Positions 61,012 to 64,000 of a stretch of DNA of 64,000 nucleotides are shown here, piece by piece. Numbering within the stretch: position 1 is the first letter of the stretch; each line of letters starts with the position of its first letter. The stretch is from Escherichia coli. GTDB lineage: Bacteria > Pseudomonadota > Gammaproteobacteria > Enterobacterales > Enterobacteriaceae. The stretch lies in assembly GCF_048403405.1 (NCBI RefSeq), contig NZ_CP183129.1; one strand, 5' to 3'. The notes beneath the pieces are model-generated. The model was not told the origin of the DNA. It did no database searches and saw only the letters and a list, made by a program, of their open reading frames with translations. The translations under genes and the position numbers were made by a program.

Positions 61012-61998
61012 TTATTGCACCTCATCCACGGCTTTCAGCAGATCAGCACCCTGCGGAACATCTTTAATAAACATGTCGCGAACCTGATTCCCCAGTGCGT
61101 CGCTAAAGGCTTTGCGGTCGAGATCGGTGATGACTTCCACGCCCGCTTCTTTCATGCCATCGATGATTTTTTGCTGATCTTCAGCAACCAGTTTGCGCTG
61201 GTAGTTACCCGCTTCCTGCGCAGATGAGATCAGCGCCTGCTGGAATTCCGGGCTTAAGCCATCAAACTTCGCTTTGTTGATCACCACCAGAAGCGGGGAG
61301 TAGGCGTGGTGCGTCAGAGAAAGGTACTTCTGTACTTCGAAAAATTTTGCTGACCAGACGACGTTGATCGGGTGTTCCTGAGCGTCGATAGTGCGCGTTT
61401 CCAGCCCGGTATAGACTTCGGCAAACGGCATCGGGATCGGGTTAGCGCCAAAGACTTTGAATGCGGCGATATTCATCGGGCTATTGTTGGTGCGAATTTT
61501 CAGCCCTTTCAGGTCGGCGGGGGTTTTAACCGGTGCGCGCGAGTTGGTGACATCGCGCCAGCCGTTTTCCCAGTAGGCCAGTACTTTCAGTCCCTTACCT
61601 TCAAGGGAGACTTTCAGGTCATCACCGACTTTGCCGTCGAGCGTTTTATGCGCGTGAGCGGTATCGCGGAACAGGAAAGGGACGTCGAGCAGGTTGATGA
61701 CGGGCGAGAGTCCCGTAAAGTTATTGGAGCCGGACATCTCCATATCAATAGTGCCGCCACGCACGCCGCTGATCATCGCCTGTGCATTACCGAGGGTGCT
61801 ATCCAGAAACAATTTTAATTTCAGTTCGCCTTTGGTTTTTTCCTGTAATAATTCATTGAATTTTTTCGCTGCAATATGTTGCGAGTCGGTTTGCGATGTT
61901 TCATAACCGAAACGTAATGATTGTGCCGCCAGAGAAGATGTGCTGAACGTCGCCACTCCGGCAATTAATAATGCGTAGGTTACAGAGCGTAATTTCAT
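61012..61998 (-). CDS. yiaO: TRAP transporter substrate-binding protein
   Basis: 328 aa DctP-like with signal peptide. Confidence 0.9.
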   Translation of the reverse strand: MKLRSVTYALLIAGVATFSTSSLAAQSLRFGYETSQTDSQHIAAKKFNELLQEKTKGELKLKLFLDSTLGNAQAMISGVRGGTIDMEMSGSNNFTGLSPVINLLDVPFLFRDTAHAHKTLDGKVGDDLKVSLEGKGLKVLAYWENGWRDVTNSRAPVKTPADLKGLKIRTNNSPMNIAAFKVFGANPIPMPFAEVYTGLETRTIDAQEHPINVVWSAKFFEVQKYLSLTHHAYSPLLVVINKAKFDGLSPEFQQALISSAQEAGNYQRKLVAEDQQKIIDGMKEAGVEVITDLDRKAFSDALGNQVRDMFIKDVPQGADLLKAVDEVQ

Positions 61999-62010
61999 AA
62001 TATTTTCCTT

Positions 62011-63288
62011 TTAGTTAATCCATTTCAGAGGAGCGGTGATGAGTTCCGGAATAAATATAAAAACAACCAATAGTGAATATAAAACCAGTACGTAAGGGAA
62101 AACGCCTCTTACCGCATCATCAAATTTCAGTTTCGCCACACCGGAAATAACATTAAGGACATTGCCGATGGGCGGTGTAATTAAGCCGATTGAGCAGTTA
62201 ATGATAAACATGACACCGAAATAAATCGGATCGATTCCTGCCTCTTTAACTAAAGGCATTAATACCGGGGTAAGAATTAATACCGTCGGCGTTAAATCCA
62301 TGACCATGCCGACAATCAGGATAGCCACCATAATGACGATAAACAGCAGACGCGGTGAATCGACCAGCGGTTGCAGTAAATCAGAAACCATCATCGGCAG
62401 TTCAGCAATGGTGATCAGCCAGGCGGAAACTTGTGCCGAGGCCACCAGAAACATCACCACTGAGGTCGTTTTCGCTGCGCCAATGAGCACATGCCAAAGT
62501 GTGGCGAAGGTCATTTCACGGTAAATAACTGTGGCGACAAACAGCGCATAGAAAGCAGCAACGGCCCCGGCTTCGGTAGGGGTAAACAGACCGGAGCGAA
62601 ACCCGCCAATAATGATGACTGGAAGAAACAGCGCCCAGATACCGGAGACAAAAGAGTGCCAGATTTCCTGCATCGTTGCTTTTTGCTGGCGGGGTAAATT
62701 AAGGCGACTGGCCTGCCACCACCAGGTAAGCATCAGCGTTGCGCCCATCATCATGCCAGGGGCAATGCCCGCCATAAACAGCTTACTGATGGATAATCCG
62801 CTGGAAACGCCGAAAATAATAAACGGAATGGAAGGGGGAATAATTGGCGCGATAATCCCGCCAGAGGCAATCAACCCCGCAGCCCGGTTGACCGGGTAGT
62901 TAGCGCTGCGCATCATCGGCACCAGTAACGCGGCAACGGCGGCGGTATCTGCAACAGCAGAACCAGAAAGGCTCGCCATAATCATAGCCGCCAGCACGCC
63001 GACGTAGCCCAGCCCGCCAGGTTTATGCCCCACCAGTTTCATCGGCAGGTCAACAATGCGTTTCGACAAGCCGCCCGCATTCATGATTTCACCCGCCAGC
63101 ACAAAGAACGGTATCGCCAGCAGGGAGAAACTGTCGGCTCCGTTCACCAGCGTTTGTGCCATGATCTGGACATCAAACATCTCCAGCCAGAACATTAACG
63201 CTGCGCCACATAACAACAGTGCCCAGGCAATAGGCAAACCGATAGCAATACCACCCAACAGACAGCCCAGAAAAATCAGCACAGCCAT
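62011..63288 (-). CDS. yiaN: TRAP transporter large permease
   Basis: 425 aa DctM-like polytopic protein. Confidence 0.9.
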   Translation of the reverse strand: MAVLIFLGCLLGGIAIGLPIAWALLLCGAALMFWLEMFDVQIMAQTLVNGADSFSLLAIPFFVLAGEIMNAGGLSKRIVDLPMKLVGHKPGGLGYVGVLAAMIMASLSGSAVADTAAVAALLVPMMRSANYPVNRAAGLIASGGIIAPIIPPSIPFIIFGVSSGLSISKLFMAGIAPGMMMGATLMLTWWWQASRLNLPRQQKATMQEIWHSFVSGIWALFLPVIIIGGFRSGLFTPTEAGAVAAFYALFVATVIYREMTFATLWHVLIGAAKTTSVVMFLVASAQVSAWLITIAELPMMVSDLLQPLVDSPRLLFIVIMVAILIVGMVMDLTPTVLILTPVLMPLVKEAGIDPIYFGVMFIINCSIGLITPPIGNVLNVISGVAKLKFDDAVRGVFPYVLVLYSLLVVFIFIPELITAPLKWIN

Positions 63289-63290
63289 GA

Positions 63291-63764
63291 TTAAGCTCCT
63301 TGCGGTGGCGACGTTAGAGAATTGCTACGCGTGATGAGTTGATATAAATGACGCAGTTCAAAGAATGCGATAACGAGGCTGGTGGGCAGACAAGCGGCAT
63401 ACATCAGGCCGATGGGCAAACCGAGGATCGGTGAATAATCGCTCCAGTCCTGAATTGTTTTTAGCGTTGCGCCCCAGGCCAGTGCGCCACAAATAAATAA
63501 GATTAAGGAATGGGTAACCAGAGCGACTCGTCGCTGCCATGCGGGGGAGAGTTTCTCCACCAGAAAGGTGACCTGAACGTGGGCGTTATCCATAAAAGCC
63601 ACAATCGCGCCAATAAATGTTAACCAGACAAATAAATAACGTGACAATTCATCTACAGATAAAATGCTTGTCTGAAAACCATATCTTAAAATAATGTTTA
63701 TAAACACAATACAGGAAAGTACGGCGAGATTAATCGCCAGTATTGCTTCAAGTATTTTTTTCAT
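63291..63764 (-). CDS. yiaM: TRAP transporter small permease
   Basis: 157 aa DctQ-like; AGGAA RBS upstream. Confidence 0.9.
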
Positions 63765-63884
63765 AGCTATTCCTTGAGGCTATGTTTGACATAATTCAAG
63801 TTGCATGTGCAGCAACCTAAATTATTAATATAGTTAGAGCAATAACATTACCCAGGCGTTCTGGCGTAGACGATTATTCGATTA

Positions 63885-63998
<114 letters not shown>

Positions 63999-64000
63999 TA

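Overview
This ~64 kb window is an Escherichia coli-type chromosomal segment: gene content and order match the waa–lld–mtl–rhs–sel–aldB–yia/sgb region of E. coli K-12, read in the opposite orientation to the K-12 map. All identifications are by eye from the translated ORFs and my memory of the protein families; no searches were run. Conserved core: partial waaL, waaC-waaF-hldD, kbl-tdh, waaH, yibQ-envC-gpmM, yibN-grxC-secB-gpsA, cysE, trmL, lldDRP, yibL, yibT, mtlRDA, yibIH, yibF, selAB, yiaY, aldB, yiaWVUT, sgbEUH-lyxK-yiaONM. Accessory content: (1) a 1742-aa trimeric autotransporter adhesin (UpaG/EhaG-type, internally tandem-repetitive) with an upstream SadB-like lipoprotein gene, between yibL and lldP; (2) a full-length Rhs protein whose AT-rich 133-aa C-terminal tip after the DPxGL boundary carries an HEMGH zinc-metallopeptidase motif, followed by two small genes for exported proteins (candidate immunity proteins), which is the best candidate here for an undescribed toxin/immunity system; (3) two identical 1432-bp IS3-family (IS150-group, IS1397-like) elements in inverted orientation, each inserted in a REP palindromic unit with its own target duplication, bracketing yiaWVUT; (4) a three-gene island (GPH-family symporter, GH127/DUF1680 glycoside hydrolase, divergent AraC regulator) between the second IS copy and sgbE. 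No rRNA, tRNA or CRISPR array was seen. Several ORF-track entries are N-terminally over-extended and were trimmed to internal starts (mtlD, gpmM, envC, aldB, lldR, lldP, sgbU, yiaW, GH127).
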